From the sequence record PZ445443.1: DNA of 64,000 nt, one strand, 5' to 3'. This stretch comes from a phage. A program made the translations under genes and the position numbers. The notes beneath the pieces are model-generated. The model was not told the origin of the DNA and searched no databases. It was given only the letters and a program-made list of their open reading frames with translations. This document shows positions 1 to 9,749 of this stretch, in pieces. Each line of letters opens with the position of its first letter. Positions within the stretch are counted from its first letter, which is position 1.

Positions 1-1
1 A

Positions 2-355
2 TTGGAAGATGCTGAAAAAGAGCTTGCAGAAGTTCTGAACAGCGGGTATACTTTTCTATCATGCGCCTGCTCAGACACCTACGTTGTGTGGACACTTATC
101 CGGAAGGAAGATCCTGCAGGGATCTTGGTGCCAAATCCTAAGATTATTAGTGAGGTGGATGACTACTCTCAGGACGGCCTGCCAGAAGGTTGGGAAGTAT
201 GGGAAGGTGGTGAAAACCCTGCACCAGGTAAGTGGGTAAAATACAAACTACGTAGCGGTGCACAGTACGCTGACTACTCTGATGACCTAGACTGGAGTCA
301 TTCTTCACCAGGATCATCTGCAAGTTCATATGATATCGTAGCTTTTCAGGAATAA
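2..355 (+). CDS. hypothetical protein (5' end outside window)
   Basis: Open frame from window edge to stop at 353-355, co-oriented with downstream genes; no recognisable motif. Confidence 0.4.
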   Translation: MEDAEKELAEVLNSGYTFLSCACSDTYVVWTLIRKEDPAGILVPNPKIISEVDDYSQDGLPEGWEVWEGGENPAPGKWVKYKLRSGAQYADYSDDLDWSHSSPGSSASSYDIVAFQE

Positions 356-367
356 GGAGAAGAAGGT

Positions 368-850
368 ATGTCAGATTTTATGTGGAAAGTAGGTTACGCA
401 ACCCCTGAAATGTGTGAGGCTTGCTTTGTTAAAATAGGCCGCGAGGATATCGACAAAGTGATCCTTAAGTTTCGTGATGTGGCTGTGATCGGCAACCGAG
501 TGCTTAAGCACTTAAAGAATCTGAAGCTCACCAAAAAGAAGTTCTTCGGACTTTTCGAAGAGAAGGTTGATGCTTGGACTCATTGCATTCAGGAAGCCAA
601 ATCTCACTACAGTGCCATCGTTACTCCAGAACGGGTAGCAAAGATGGAAGGATTCATCAACAGCACAGAATTTGAGTGCCTAAAGGCTGCCCTTGATAGC
701 TATCCAAAGTGCCTCAAACACCTTGACAAGTATGCAGAAAAGGATGGTGAAATGTATCTCACCCTGGACGCATATTATGAGATGCAAGAAATTTTAAATT
801 TAGATTTGACATTGGTATCCACCGAGTATACAATAGGTATCCGGGTTTAA
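368..850 (+). CDS. hypothetical protein
   Basis: ATG 368 preceded by AAGGAG RBS (354-359); followed by intrinsic terminator. Confidence 0.55.
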   Translation: MSDFMWKVGYATPEMCEACFVKIGREDIDKVILKFRDVAVIGNRVLKHLKNLKLTKKKFFGLFEEKVDAWTHCIQEAKSHYSAIVTPERVAKMEGFINSTEFECLKAALDSYPKCLKHLDKYAEKDGEMYLTLDAYYEMQEILNLDLTLVSTEYTIGIRV

Positions 851-856
851 CACTAG

Positions 857-883
857 GCCCTGCCCGAAAGGGTGGGGCTTTTT
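857..883 (+). terminator. rho-independent terminator
   Basis: GCCCTGCCC-GAAA-GGGTGGGGC hairpin (GNRA loop, two G-U pairs) followed by TTTTT; identical copy at 11631. Confidence 0.7.
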
Positions 884-901
884 GCATTAGGAGACAGCAA
901 A

Positions 902-1666
902 TTGAAATTTATCTACAAAGAACACTACCACAAAGGTGTTGTGTGGAGTCTATTTGACGGGTCTGGTGGTGCAGTCATTGACTGGGCAAAAGCTGGGTAC
1001 CTGTGCCTGTGCTTTAATGCAGAAGGTGCTGATCACGGCAGTTATGCAGAGGTTATAACCGATCATCCCAACATTCACTATGTGGATTATTGGATTGACC
1101 CATGGTTCCCTCAGGAAACTTTTTGCATGTACCCAGCTCCAGACTTTATTCTTGCATTTCCTCCGTGCACGCATTTAGCGGTATCAGGTGCTGCACATTT
1201 TAAGAAAAAGCTGGCTAAGGACCCCATGATCCAAATTAATGCTGTAAAGGATGCTCGGGTTGCGGAAGAGCTGGGAGAGATTTACGATTGCCCGTGGCAT
1301 GTAGAGAATCCTGTGGGTGTTATGTCCACACTGTGGCGTAAACCTGATTACCGTTTTCATCCTTCTGACTATGGTGGGTATTTACCGGAGGATGATGTAA
1401 ACCCTTGGTTTCCTGAATTTATAGCTCCACGTGATGCCTATCCAAAAATAACTTGCGGCTGGATAGGTAATGGATTTATAATCCCGCCCACAAAACCTGT
1501 CCCGCAAATAGTTGACGCGGTTAGCGGGTATTCCATGCAACACGCCAAGCTGGGTGGAAAGAGTGCAAGAACGAAGATGATTCGAAGCCTCACACCACGT
1601 GGCTGGGCAAAAGCCGTATTCCTGGCAAACGAGCCTGTAGTAAGGAGCAGAATTAATGGGAAGTAA
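902..1666 (+). CDS. DNA (cytosine-5)-methyltransferase-like protein
   Basis: Motif I LFDGSGG, motif IV-like FPPCTHLAVSGA (Pro-Cys with Thr in place of Gln), ENV motif (HVENPVG); start set at TTG 902 after AGGAGA because the track start GTG 872 lies inside the terminator hairpin. Confidence 0.55.
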   Translation: MKFIYKEHYHKGVVWSLFDGSGGAVIDWAKAGYLCLCFNAEGADHGSYAEVITDHPNIHYVDYWIDPWFPQETFCMYPAPDFILAFPPCTHLAVSGAAHFKKKLAKDPMIQINAVKDARVAEELGEIYDCPWHVENPVGVMSTLWRKPDYRFHPSDYGGYLPEDDVNPWFPEFIAPRDAYPKITCGWIGNGFIIPPTKPVPQIVDAVSGYSMQHAKLGGKSARTKMIRSLTPRGWAKAVFLANEPVVRSRINGK

Positions 1667-3734
1667 ATTTATGGCATCTGCATACAACCGTTTCGGTGAG
1701 CCAAACCCGAAAGCAACTAAGTATAAAAGTGGGGGAAGTGTGAAACGAGACTATCGTGATGAAAAAGAAGTTGAAACTGTAGAGACTGTTTTAGAAAATA
1801 CTAAAATTGTCCCTGTCCCACAACAAAATATCGGTCTGATGGCTGCACAATATTTTGGTGTGCGATCAGCATTGTCACAAGAAGACGGTGTGACAGTCAC
1901 TGCAACATATTTCCCATATTACGACCGCTACGGAAATCTGTCCGGTTTCAAAAAGCGTGACTGGACGATTCCTAAAGAGCAAAGGGGCCATTTCTCAGTT
2001 GTTGGCATAGTAAAGGCTAACTCTCAGATGTTTGGGCAAAAGCTGTGTGCATCTTCCAACAACCGTAAGCAAATTAACGTTTGTGAGGGGGAAGGTGATG
2101 TTATTGCAGCATGGCAGGCTGCATATCAGATACAAGTAAAAGGGATTCTCACCAACGCTAAAGCCCCGGCAAAGGTGAAGCAGTGGGCTAAAGAGGTCCA
2201 GGACGGGATCGACGCAGTTATCAACGGTGGTGATCTGGCAGGAAAACCCTGCCTGCCTTTTGTTGGAATTAACTGTGGATGTGCAAACGCAGTAGATACT
2301 TTTGCAAACAATGAGAAGTTTATCCGTAGCTATGGAACAGTTGTGCTGGCAATGGATAACGATGCAGCTAACGAGGTAGAGAAGCAAAAACACGTCATTA
2401 AAGGTGTTGAGGCCACGCACAATATCGCAGCATTTTTGATGGCCGATAACGTTTACCACGTAGAATACCCTGGTGAAGTAAACGACCCTGACGGTGTAAA
2501 AGATATCCGAGACATGCTGAAGGCTAAAAAGCTGGAAGATATTGTCAACATGTTCCGGCACCCTGTTAAATATGTGCCTGATGCTGTGTCGGATTTAGAA
2601 GACTTCTCTATCGAGTCTTTGCGGAAAAAGACTTCCAACGGGGTAGATATCAGCGCAGAGTTCCCAAAACTGCAAAAAATGCTAAAAGGCTTGCACAAAG
2701 GGACACTCGTAATGCTTACAGGTCCGTCAGGTGGCGGTAAAACAACCGTAGCTAAAAAACTGGAACACTGTATTGCAAGATACCTAATGGACCCGACATG
2801 TCCGAAGGCCGATGACTACGAAGAGGATGATCGTCTATGCATGATCCATCTTGAGGAGGACCCAGAGGAAGCAATTAACTCCTTGTATGCAAACCAGTTA
2901 GGGTTTGATGTTAAAGAGTTTGTTGAAGATCCTAGCCAGTTTTTAACTGATCAAGAACACGCAGAGATTCACCAATCATGGGCAAAAGCTGGAAAAATCA
3001 AAGTGTTCAAACATTTCGGATCTATTCCGGTGGACGAGTTGATTACTAAGCTTAAGCAAATGGTTTGCCTGTACCATTGTCGTTATATTGTACTGGATCA
3101 CCTGTCCATGGTAATTTCAGGGCTTAATGTTAAGGATGAGCGAAAAGAACTGGACATGGCTATGACCCAACTGGCTGCGTTTTGTAAGCAGTTTAACGTG
3201 TTTATCTTGGTGATCGCTCACCTCAAACGTACAGAGATTGTGCCTCCTAAGGACAAGGATGGTAACCCGTTACCTTTCTGGTATCCTGTGCGAAAAGAGA
3301 ATTTGCGAGGATCGGCGGGGCTTGAACAGTTGAGTTGGGTAGTCATAGGTGTCGAGGCCGAAGAAATGGTGGATCGTTCTCGTGGACGTGTCCGTCTGGT
3401 AGGTCTTAAAAACCGTCCAGCAAAAGCTCTAGGTATTGCTGACACTTTGGTTATGGACCCGCACACAGGTAAGTTCCATGATGCCAGTAATTGGTACTGG
3501 GACAAAGAAATGCAAATGTTTACAGATGGAGAAGGTGGGGAGGTTGTTTGGAGACCTCAGGCTATGTTTGAGGATCAGGAGCATGCAGTTGTAGAAACAC
3601 CTATGGGCAAGGTTGTGGCTGATAAGGTTGTAACTCCTACTGTTAAGCCTGTTGACACGCAGGAAGAACTCCAGTACGATGATCCGTCCTCTGACCATGT
3701 TCCTGGTTTTGAGGATGATGAAACACCTTTTTAA
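1656..3734 (+). CDS. DNA primase/helicase (TOPRIM primase fused to DnaB-family helicase)
   Basis: TOPRIM motifs CEGEGD and LAMDNDAAN; Walker A GPSGGGKTT; Walker B-like IVLDHLSMV; AAGGAG RBS; 692 aa. Confidence 0.8.
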   Translation: MGSKFMASAYNRFGEPNPKATKYKSGGSVKRDYRDEKEVETVETVLENTKIVPVPQQNIGLMAAQYFGVRSALSQEDGVTVTATYFPYYDRYGNLSGFKKRDWTIPKEQRGHFSVVGIVKANSQMFGQKLCASSNNRKQINVCEGEGDVIAAWQAAYQIQVKGILTNAKAPAKVKQWAKEVQDGIDAVINGGDLAGKPCLPFVGINCGCANAVDTFANNEKFIRSYGTVVLAMDNDAANEVEKQKHVIKGVEATHNIAAFLMADNVYHVEYPGEVNDPDGVKDIRDMLKAKKLEDIVNMFRHPVKYVPDAVSDLEDFSIESLRKKTSNGVDISAEFPKLQKMLKGLHKGTLVMLTGPSGGGKTTVAKKLEHCIARYLMDPTCPKADDYEEDDRLCMIHLEEDPEEAINSLYANQLGFDVKEFVEDPSQFLTDQEHAEIHQSWAKAGKIKVFKHFGSIPVDELITKLKQMVCLYHCRYIVLDHLSMVISGLNVKDERKELDMAMTQLAAFCKQFNVFILVIAHLKRTEIVPPKDKDGNPLPFWYPVRKENLRGSAGLEQLSWVVIGVEAEEMVDRSRGRVRLVGLKNRPAKALGIADTLVMDPHTGKFHDASNWYWDKEMQMFTDGEGGEVVWRPQAMFEDQEHAVVETPMGKVVADKVVTPTVKPVDTQEELQYDDPSSDHVPGFEDDETPF

Positions 3735-3749
3735 TGTTTAACAAAGAGT

Positions 3750-3778
3750 GGGAGGGGTAGTACAACCGCCTCCCCTTT
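3750..3778 (+). terminator. putative intrinsic terminator
   Basis: GGGAGGGG...CCGCCTCCCC imperfect hairpin followed by TTT, directly after primase/helicase stop. Confidence 0.4.
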
Positions 3779-3792
3779 AAGGAGAACTGTAT

Positions 3793-6570
3793 ATGAGCAT
3801 GTGGTCTTTCGATTTTGAGTCATCCGGTTTGCTGGAAGACCCAGATCTTTATTATCACTGCGGCCTGTTTAAAGAGCTGAATAAGAACCGTTTTATGCTG
3901 TTCCTTCCTCTAAATGACCGCACACACTACTCCGAGGAGGATATAGAGAAGGCTAAGAACTTTATTCTGGCAAAGAAAACTCTTTATAAAGATTTTGAAG
4001 TTCGCATAGCAGATTTTTCGGAGTTAGAAGGTTGGCTTACAGGCAATTCCGACTGGTCACCAACAGCTTTGAACTGCCATAACTGCTACAGTTATGACTT
4101 TATGCTGATGGAAAGATTATCCGGTATTCATTTTGATATGTTCCGTGATCCTAAATGCATGGGGACTATCAACGACCACCAGGTCAACCTGTTTGATACG
4201 TTGGCGATGAGCCGAATCTTATGGCCTGATCGCCCTTTACCAAAAGGTTGTCCGGACTCTGTATTCAACCCGGTTACTAAGAAAATGCAGCCTGTCGGTC
4301 CTCACGGCCTTATGGCATGGGGCTACGCCCTTGGTAACCAGAAAGTTCAAATTGATGACTGGCGCGATCTTCCGTTGTGGAAGTATGTGGATCGTGTATT
4401 CGAGGACGTTATCATCCAGGAGCTGCTCTGGAAAGAGCTGGTAGCGGAATCAAAAGGTGTATTCTACGGCAAATCTGACATGCAGAACTTTATGTACGAT
4501 CCTGCCAAAGAGAAGCCGAAAGGGTTCAAGAAGATCACCTGGAAGAACGCATTACGCCGAGGCATGCTGCAGCACTTCCTGATGGAGCTGCAGGCCCGTC
4601 AGGGTGTGTATTTTGACATAGATGGGGCTATTGCTTTACGTGACCGTTGCGATGCGTGGATGAAAGAAATCGCTGATCGTGTTGAACCGCAACTACCTTT
4701 AAAAGAGCTGTCAATGTCTCAGCGGCCCAAGTTCCCTGAAAAGCCGTTTAACCAAGATGGGACAATCTCCAATAATGGTTGGAAATGGTTAAAAGATAAG
4801 CTTGGCTATCCTGTAGATATGAGCGCTTTAGAGTTCAAAGCCCCGCCTAAGCGAGCATTTACCTCTACAGGAGATGTCAGTAAGATGGGGATAAAATGGT
4901 GTGAAGAGATGGGCTGCAAAGACCCCGATAAGATGGCTGATTTCTTGAGAGGCTATATTAAGGGCACCTCCACACCACAACCTTTACCTAAAGAGCTAAT
5001 GGATCAGGCAATAAGTGATCTACAGCAGAAGCGAATGCCGGACTGCAAGATACCTATGAAAATCAGCAACCAGGACGACATTAAGCGATACCTGATCAGT
5101 GCTGGTTGGCTTCCGACAATGTGGAGAACTAAGGATGTAACTAAAGACAGCAAGAAGAAAGCTCTACCTGATGCAGATGTTGATGCACGAGTATATGCAT
5201 ATATGGACGAGCTTTTAGAGTCAGAGTATTGTGACCTGATTATCAACTTCTGGAACAAAACTGATGCTAAGTTCCAGACAACCGTGCACAAGTTCCGAAG
5301 CTTTCCTAACTCCGAAAGGATTAAAAAGGAAGTATTCGGGAAAATACGTAGAAAAGCTAGGGCACTTATTACTTCTCCGCAACTGAAAGATACGTTTGGA
5401 CACCTATGCCCTAATCTTGAAAAATTGAACGGAGAGATGGCTAAAGATATCGTCTTGTGGTTATCATTGCGAAACCGCAGATCGGTACTTGATCCAATCA
5501 AGGAGGATAAGGTTGATACTGGTCTTCTTAATCACCCACGTTTGAAGATTGACCATAAGCTTCCTGCTAAAAGTTCTGGGTTAACAAACACTTCCCGACA
5601 GAAACACAGTATTTGTGCAAACATGCCTAAACCATCTCCTAAAGTGGTTATGGGTAAAGAGATGCGTAGTCTGTGGGGTGTTCCTCCAGGATACTTTGAG
5701 ATCGGTATTGACGGGTCCAACTTAGAGCAGCTTATCGGGGCTTGGGGTGCCTTTGAGTTCGACAACGGCCTGTATTACGATGTTGTAAGTAACGGGGACG
5801 CACACCAAAACAATGCTGAGGCATATACAAAAGTAGCAGGTAGAGAGGTGTCTCGTAACGACGGTAAACCTATCACGTATGGGGTTATGTATGGGGCACA
5901 AAAAGATAAAGTTGCAGATATGCTGGACATCTCTCCAGAGTTGGGACAAAGGGTAATCGATGCACTCTGGGATGCCAACCCTGGTCTTAAGGGGCGTAAA
6001 GAAGATCTGGAGAAATTCTGGGAAGCAACGGGTAAGAAGTTTATCTACTCTTTTGATGGTCATGCTATCTGGACCCGATCTAAACACTCTTTACTTAATG
6101 CATACCAACAAAATGGCGGCGCATCGTTGTGTGACTTAGTTGGGATACTCATGCACCATCAAATGGTGAAGCGTGGGTGGTACGATGAAGGTGTTCGTCG
6201 TATTATCTATTACCATGACGAATATCAGCTTCAAGTCCCTGACACACCGAAGTATAAGACTGTGTACACCTTCGACACAATCGAAGAACTGGAAGCATTT
6301 AAGGCAGAGCAGGAGGCCAAACTTCATGTGTTCGACGGTCATAAGTACAAAAAGGCACGCAAGGATGAGGACGGAAACGAAGTGGTTGACAGAGACGGAA
6401 ACACGGTGTACGATCCTATCCTGAACGATGACGGAAAGCTTGAACTTATCTGGAGCCCTGTGGGTGAAATGGTGGTGCATTGCTTCTGGCAAGCTTCTAA
6501 AATGATGGGCGTCCCGTTCCAGATCACAGGTGAATACCTGTGTGGTCGTAATTGGGGTGATTGTCACTAA
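3793..6570 (+). CDS. DNA polymerase, family A (T7-like) with 3'-5' exonuclease domain
   Basis: Exo I FDFESSGL; motif B-like KPITYGVMYGAQKDKVADML; motif C YHDEYQLQV; AAGGAG RBS; 925 aa. Confidence 0.85.
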   Translation: MSMWSFDFESSGLLEDPDLYYHCGLFKELNKNRFMLFLPLNDRTHYSEEDIEKAKNFILAKKTLYKDFEVRIADFSELEGWLTGNSDWSPTALNCHNCYSYDFMLMERLSGIHFDMFRDPKCMGTINDHQVNLFDTLAMSRILWPDRPLPKGCPDSVFNPVTKKMQPVGPHGLMAWGYALGNQKVQIDDWRDLPLWKYVDRVFEDVIIQELLWKELVAESKGVFYGKSDMQNFMYDPAKEKPKGFKKITWKNALRRGMLQHFLMELQARQGVYFDIDGAIALRDRCDAWMKEIADRVEPQLPLKELSMSQRPKFPEKPFNQDGTISNNGWKWLKDKLGYPVDMSALEFKAPPKRAFTSTGDVSKMGIKWCEEMGCKDPDKMADFLRGYIKGTSTPQPLPKELMDQAISDLQQKRMPDCKIPMKISNQDDIKRYLISAGWLPTMWRTKDVTKDSKKKALPDADVDARVYAYMDELLESEYCDLIINFWNKTDAKFQTTVHKFRSFPNSERIKKEVFGKIRRKARALITSPQLKDTFGHLCPNLEKLNGEMAKDIVLWLSLRNRRSVLDPIKEDKVDTGLLNHPRLKIDHKLPAKSSGLTNTSRQKHSICANMPKPSPKVVMGKEMRSLWGVPPGYFEIGIDGSNLEQLIGAWGAFEFDNGLYYDVVSNGDAHQNNAEAYTKVAGREVSRNDGKPITYGVMYGAQKDKVADMLDISPELGQRVIDALWDANPGLKGRKEDLEKFWEATGKKFIYSFDGHAIWTRSKHSLLNAYQQNGGASLCDLVGILMHHQMVKRGWYDEGVRRIIYYHDEYQLQVPDTPKYKTVYTFDTIEELEAFKAEQEAKLHVFDGHKYKKARKDEDGNEVVDRDGNTVYDPILNDDGKLELIWSPVGEMVVHCFWQASKMMGVPFQITGEYLCGRNWGDCH

Positions 6571-6619
6571 TGTAAACTATCAACACATGGAAGTGTTGTT
6601 GAGCAAAGAGGAGACTTTT

Positions 6620-6904
6620 ATGGTAGTAGAACCAACAAAAACATTTACATCCATGACTATCCCTGTTATTATGCAGGTGGAGTGTGTTCAGGTATCTCAA
6701 GTGTGGCCAGGCACTAAAATCCCAACAGGGCCTGATTTCTTTCAGGTTGGGAAAGTGTACAATGTCTGGAAGGCACCAGATTGTCACCCTTTCATTAAAG
6801 ATGACCGTGGAATGCTGTGGTATCTTGGAAATGATTTGACACTGCACCTTGGGAATGCTATTATTGCAGTATTCAGACTTAACAAGAAGGAGACTGATCA
6901 ATGA
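6620..6904 (+). CDS. hypothetical protein
   Basis: In-frame ATG 6620 after AGAGGAG RBS; co-oriented. Confidence 0.45.
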   Translation: MVVEPTKTFTSMTIPVIMQVECVQVSQVWPGTKIPTGPDFFQVGKVYNVWKAPDCHPFIKDDRGMLWYLGNDLTLHLGNAIIAVFRLNKKETDQ

Positions 6905-7128
6905 CGACTTTGGTTAAAGCTACCTTTGTAGAAGAAAAGATGACAGACCTGTCATTCTTTAAAGAAGGAAAGACCTACGAGGTTTATTACGATAAAGCTC
7001 GTGCAAACAAGATGATTAAAGACGAGGAAGGGATTGCCTGGTTTATCTCCCATCTGGCAAACGGTGAGTATCATATCTACGGAACCACCCTGCTTGCCAA
7101 GTTTGTAGCTGTTGAAGAGGACCTATGA
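6901..7128 (+). CDS. hypothetical protein
   Basis: ORF with ATGA overlap to upstream gene. Confidence 0.5.
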   Translation: MTTLVKATFVEEKMTDLSFFKEGKTYEVYYDKARANKMIKDEEGIAWFISHLANGEYHIYGTTLLAKFVAVEEDL

Positions 7129-7319
7129 AAGTAAAGTATCTGGCTGAGGGCATGAGTAGGTATTTCACCCTTGGTGAAGAATATTGGCCCTTTACAAGCA
7201 ACGGCGATGTCTACGTGAAAGATAATTTCGGCACGCCGTGGTTTCTGCACTCTAATGGGCTGGGATACTCCATTTACTGCGGTGCAGTGAACAACACAAC
7301 TCTTGCAGAGTTCGTTTAG
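7125..7319 (+). CDS. hypothetical protein
   Basis: ORF with ATGA overlap to upstream gene. Confidence 0.5.
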   Translation: MKVKYLAEGMSRYFTLGEEYWPFTSNGDVYVKDNFGTPWFLHSNGLGYSIYCGAVNNTTLAEFV

Positions 7320-7329
7320 AGGAGGTAGG

Positions 7330-7701
7330 ATGTTAGTAAAAGGTACCCACACAGTCAAACAACGTATTGAAGTTGAGATTGATGATTGTGAGCTGAAGCA
7401 TATTTTACGGTCATGCTCCAACGTTTTGCTCCTTAGTATTCTTCAGGAGCGAGCGGAGAACGAGTTCTTAAATGCATTGGCAGGCCGTCCCGGTGACTTC
7501 TGTGTGCGTAAGCGTGGTGACAACAAGTCATGGTTGTGGGAAATCGATGCCGACTGGGATTACCACAAAAATGAGGGTATAGATGAGCCTATTCGTGAAC
7601 TGACTGACAAAGAGATTCAGATGTACAATGAAGTTTGTCATTGGGCAACACGCCAACAAATTTACCTAGACCCTGTGTGGCTGATTGAAAATAGCCATTG
7701 A
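7330..7701 (+). CDS. hypothetical protein
   Basis: ATG 7330 after GGAGG RBS (7321-7325). Confidence 0.5.
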   Translation: MLVKGTHTVKQRIEVEIDDCELKHILRSCSNVLLLSILQERAENEFLNALAGRPGDFCVRKRGDNKSWLWEIDADWDYHKNEGIDEPIRELTDKEIQMYNEVCHWATRQQIYLDPVWLIENSH

Positions 7702-7726
7702 CAAGAAGTAAGATTAGATATAAGAT
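7698..7726 (+). promoter_or_regulatory. sigma70-like promoter
   Basis: TTGACA (7698-7703), 17 bp spacer, TAAGAT. Confidence 0.5.
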
Positions 7727-7777
7727 GCTTCGCACAAACAGAGTGTTGATTTTTAAATAACTAAGGAGACTGCTAAG

Positions 7778-8032
7778 ATGAAAATTACTTTGAAGTCAGA
7801 ATGCGTTGCAAATGACCGAGCTTTTAAAGATTGCACAGTCGGTGCAATTTATGAAGCAGAGTTTTGTGAGAACCCTCTGGTAAAAGCCCTCCTGGAAGAA
7901 GGGGCCCCTTTATCACAAGAAGAGATCGATGAGCTGGAAAACTCAGCACAGTGCCTTACCTTTAAAGATGATGAAGGAGACTCTGTATGGTGCACTGTTA
8001 ATGAAGTAGTTTTTGTAAAACCTGAACATTAA
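7778..8032 (+). CDS. hypothetical protein (tandem paralog pair, member 1)
   Basis: AAGGAG RBS; shares AF(K/R)DCT and DD(E/N)GD...C(T/T) motifs with 8096-8356. Confidence 0.55.
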   Translation: MKITLKSECVANDRAFKDCTVGAIYEAEFCENPLVKALLEEGAPLSQEEIDELENSAQCLTFKDDEGDSVWCTVNEVVFVKPEH

Positions 8033-8035
8033 TAC

Positions 8036-8064
8036 TTGACAACAGTGATGGGGCCTAATATAAT
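8036..8064 (+). promoter_or_regulatory. sigma70-like promoter
   Basis: TTGACA (8036-8041), 17 bp spacer, TATAAT (8059-8064). Confidence 0.6.
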
Positions 8065-8095
8065 GGCCCTATCAAAACGAAAGGGGACCACAGCA

Positions 8096-8356
8096 ATGAC
8101 CAAACAATACCAACGAATTAAAGCCAAGGTTAAGCCAGACTATCTGGAGAAAGACTTTGCTTTTCGGGACTGCACAGCCGACAAAGTTTACACAGGGGCT
8201 GTCCTGTTGAACGATAAACTTGAAGTAGATGTGCTGGGTAAAGAGGCCGTTATCGAGGATGACAACGGTGACTGTGTTTTCTGCACCACACGGGAGCTAG
8301 AAGTCTTAGAATACTTCGGTGAAATCTTCAACTCTTTAGACGACGAGGAAGCGTGA
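8096..8356 (+). CDS. hypothetical protein (tandem paralog pair, member 2)
   Basis: ATG 8096 after AAAGGGGA RBS; paralogous to 7778-8032. Confidence 0.5.
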   Translation: MTKQYQRIKAKVKPDYLEKDFAFRDCTADKVYTGAVLLNDKLEVDVLGKEAVIEDDNGDCVFCTTRELEVLEYFGEIFNSLDDEEA

Positions 8357-8745
8357 TGAAAAATATTTGGGATATTGATATCTTTGAAGCCTCTAAGCTT
8401 GACGGTGCTGATGGAGTTATTATGGTGTCTGATGGCAAGGCAACACTAACTTCCGGAGATATCATCTATGCCTTGGACGAGCTGGCGCTTCTGAAATCTA
8501 CCGGTAACACTTTAGAGGAGCGTCTTCAAGGCTTCGCCTTCAAAGAAGGCACAAATACAGCCATGATGTGCACCACACGGACAGTTCAGGTGGGTAACGG
8601 TGTCTATATGATCATTGCTGTGTGTCCTAAATTCAGCAACGTCAACAAAGATGATGCTGACGCTGTCAACGATGTGGTTGTTCTCTTCGTGGGTGACGCT
8701 ATGGCAGACCTGATGAATGCAGGAGAAGCGGCAAATGAAGACTGA
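8353..8745 (+). CDS. hypothetical protein
   Basis: ORF with ATGA overlap to upstream gene. Confidence 0.5.
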   Translation: MMKNIWDIDIFEASKLDGADGVIMVSDGKATLTSGDIIYALDELALLKSTGNTLEERLQGFAFKEGTNTAMMCTTRTVQVGNGVYMIIAVCPKFSNVNKDDADAVNDVVVLFVGDAMADLMNAGEAANED

Positions 8746-9037
8746 AAACATTACCCCAGCAGGGTTCTTAAAAGTATACCGTGAACTGCTATATACTACA
8801 GAGGACAGTGTTCTAGAGTATCCAGAATATCTTTTGCTGTATAAGTATCTACAGGAAGCTGGTGAAAATCTGCCAGTTAGTGCAGAAGGCGGTCCGAACT
8901 GGGTATACAGCGCATGGAGAAAGGTTGACATTCTCCCAGATCCAGGTAAAGATATGGTAGTTTGGCAGCTTATCAACAACATCGGGATTCCAATCTTTGA
9001 TGAAGCTGTTAAAATCTATTTTGAACTTGACGATTAA
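8735..9037 (+). CDS. hypothetical protein
   Basis: ATG 8735 after GGAGAAG RBS. Confidence 0.45.
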   Translation: MKTENITPAGFLKVYRELLYTTEDSVLEYPEYLLLYKYLQEAGENLPVSAEGGPNWVYSAWRKVDILPDPGKDMVVWQLINNIGIPIFDEAVKIYFELDD

Positions 9038-9054
9038 TATCAGGAGACCTTAAG

Positions 9055-9300
9055 ATGACTGAAGTAGTTGCTCGCGCAGGACAGAAAGTACGTTGTGTTG
9101 AAGTAGGTTTTGGTGGCAAAGGGTGTCAAAACTTGACTCAAGGTAAGGAATACGCTGTTATTTCTGGTGGTGGCGACGAAAGTATTGTGTTCGAGGGCCA
9201 CATCCTGGATGCTGAAAACTTTGAAATCTTTGACGACGATGGGGATCCAATCACCTGCCTGCTGGACGGGAATTGGGGAACTTTCGAAGTGATTGGCTAA
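9055..9300 (+). CDS. hypothetical protein
   Basis: ATG after CAGGAGA RBS. Confidence 0.5.
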   Translation: MTEVVARAGQKVRCVEVGFGGKGCQNLTQGKEYAVISGGGDESIVFEGHILDAENFEIFDDDGDPITCLLDGNWGTFEVIG

Positions 9301-9383
9301 CAAATACCTATTGTAATTTGCAGAAGGGGATGCTAAAATAGTGTCTCCTTCTATGTTGTTCAAATAAAATCGGAGATTCCATA

Positions 9384-9749
9384 ATGGAACAAATGAACGA
9401 TCAAGCGTCGGTTGCGATGAACGAGCAAGAACAACCTCAAGAATTTTTCTTAGGGTTAAGTAAAGATCAAGTGTCTCTTCTACTAGTGCTTTCTTCTTTC
9501 ATGGGAAGACTTCAGGAGCTCACACAACAACCAGAGGCTGAACAATTATTTCAAGCTCTGCGTGAAGAAGAAAAATATCGTCGTTTGGACTATGCCTTAG
9601 GTTGGGTAGCTCAACAACGAGATATGCTGATGGCCCTCTCTGGGACCACAAGTTTTGCAATGGGGCTGTTGGCTCAAGTTCAGGACAAATTAATTCAAGC
9701 AGGGTTTGCACACACGGCAAACACTAACGAAGAACAAGGAGACAAATAA
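9384..9749 (+). CDS. hypothetical protein
   Basis: ATG after CGGAGA RBS; Gln/Glu-rich. Confidence 0.5.
   Translation: MEQMNDQASVAMNEQEQPQEFFLGLSKDQVSLLLVLSSFMGRLQELTQQPEAEQLFQALREEEKYRRLDYALGWVAQQRDMLMALSGTTSFAMGLLAQVQDKLIQAGFAHTANTNEEQGDK

Noticed and set aside
872-901. GTG at 872 as start of the methyltransferase-like gene
   Set aside because: That codon sits inside the terminator hairpin and T-tract; TTG 902 follows an AGGAGA RBS.
1995-2561. Antisense ORFs inside the primase/helicase and DNA polymerase genes (for example 1995-2561, 5004-5501, 5722-6087, 6136-6567)
   Set aside because: They lie opposite well-supported long genes, lack RBS and have low-complexity translations; treated as shadow ORFs. 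The same applies to forward-strand ORFs inside the reverse block (for example 62477-63052, 51951-52370).
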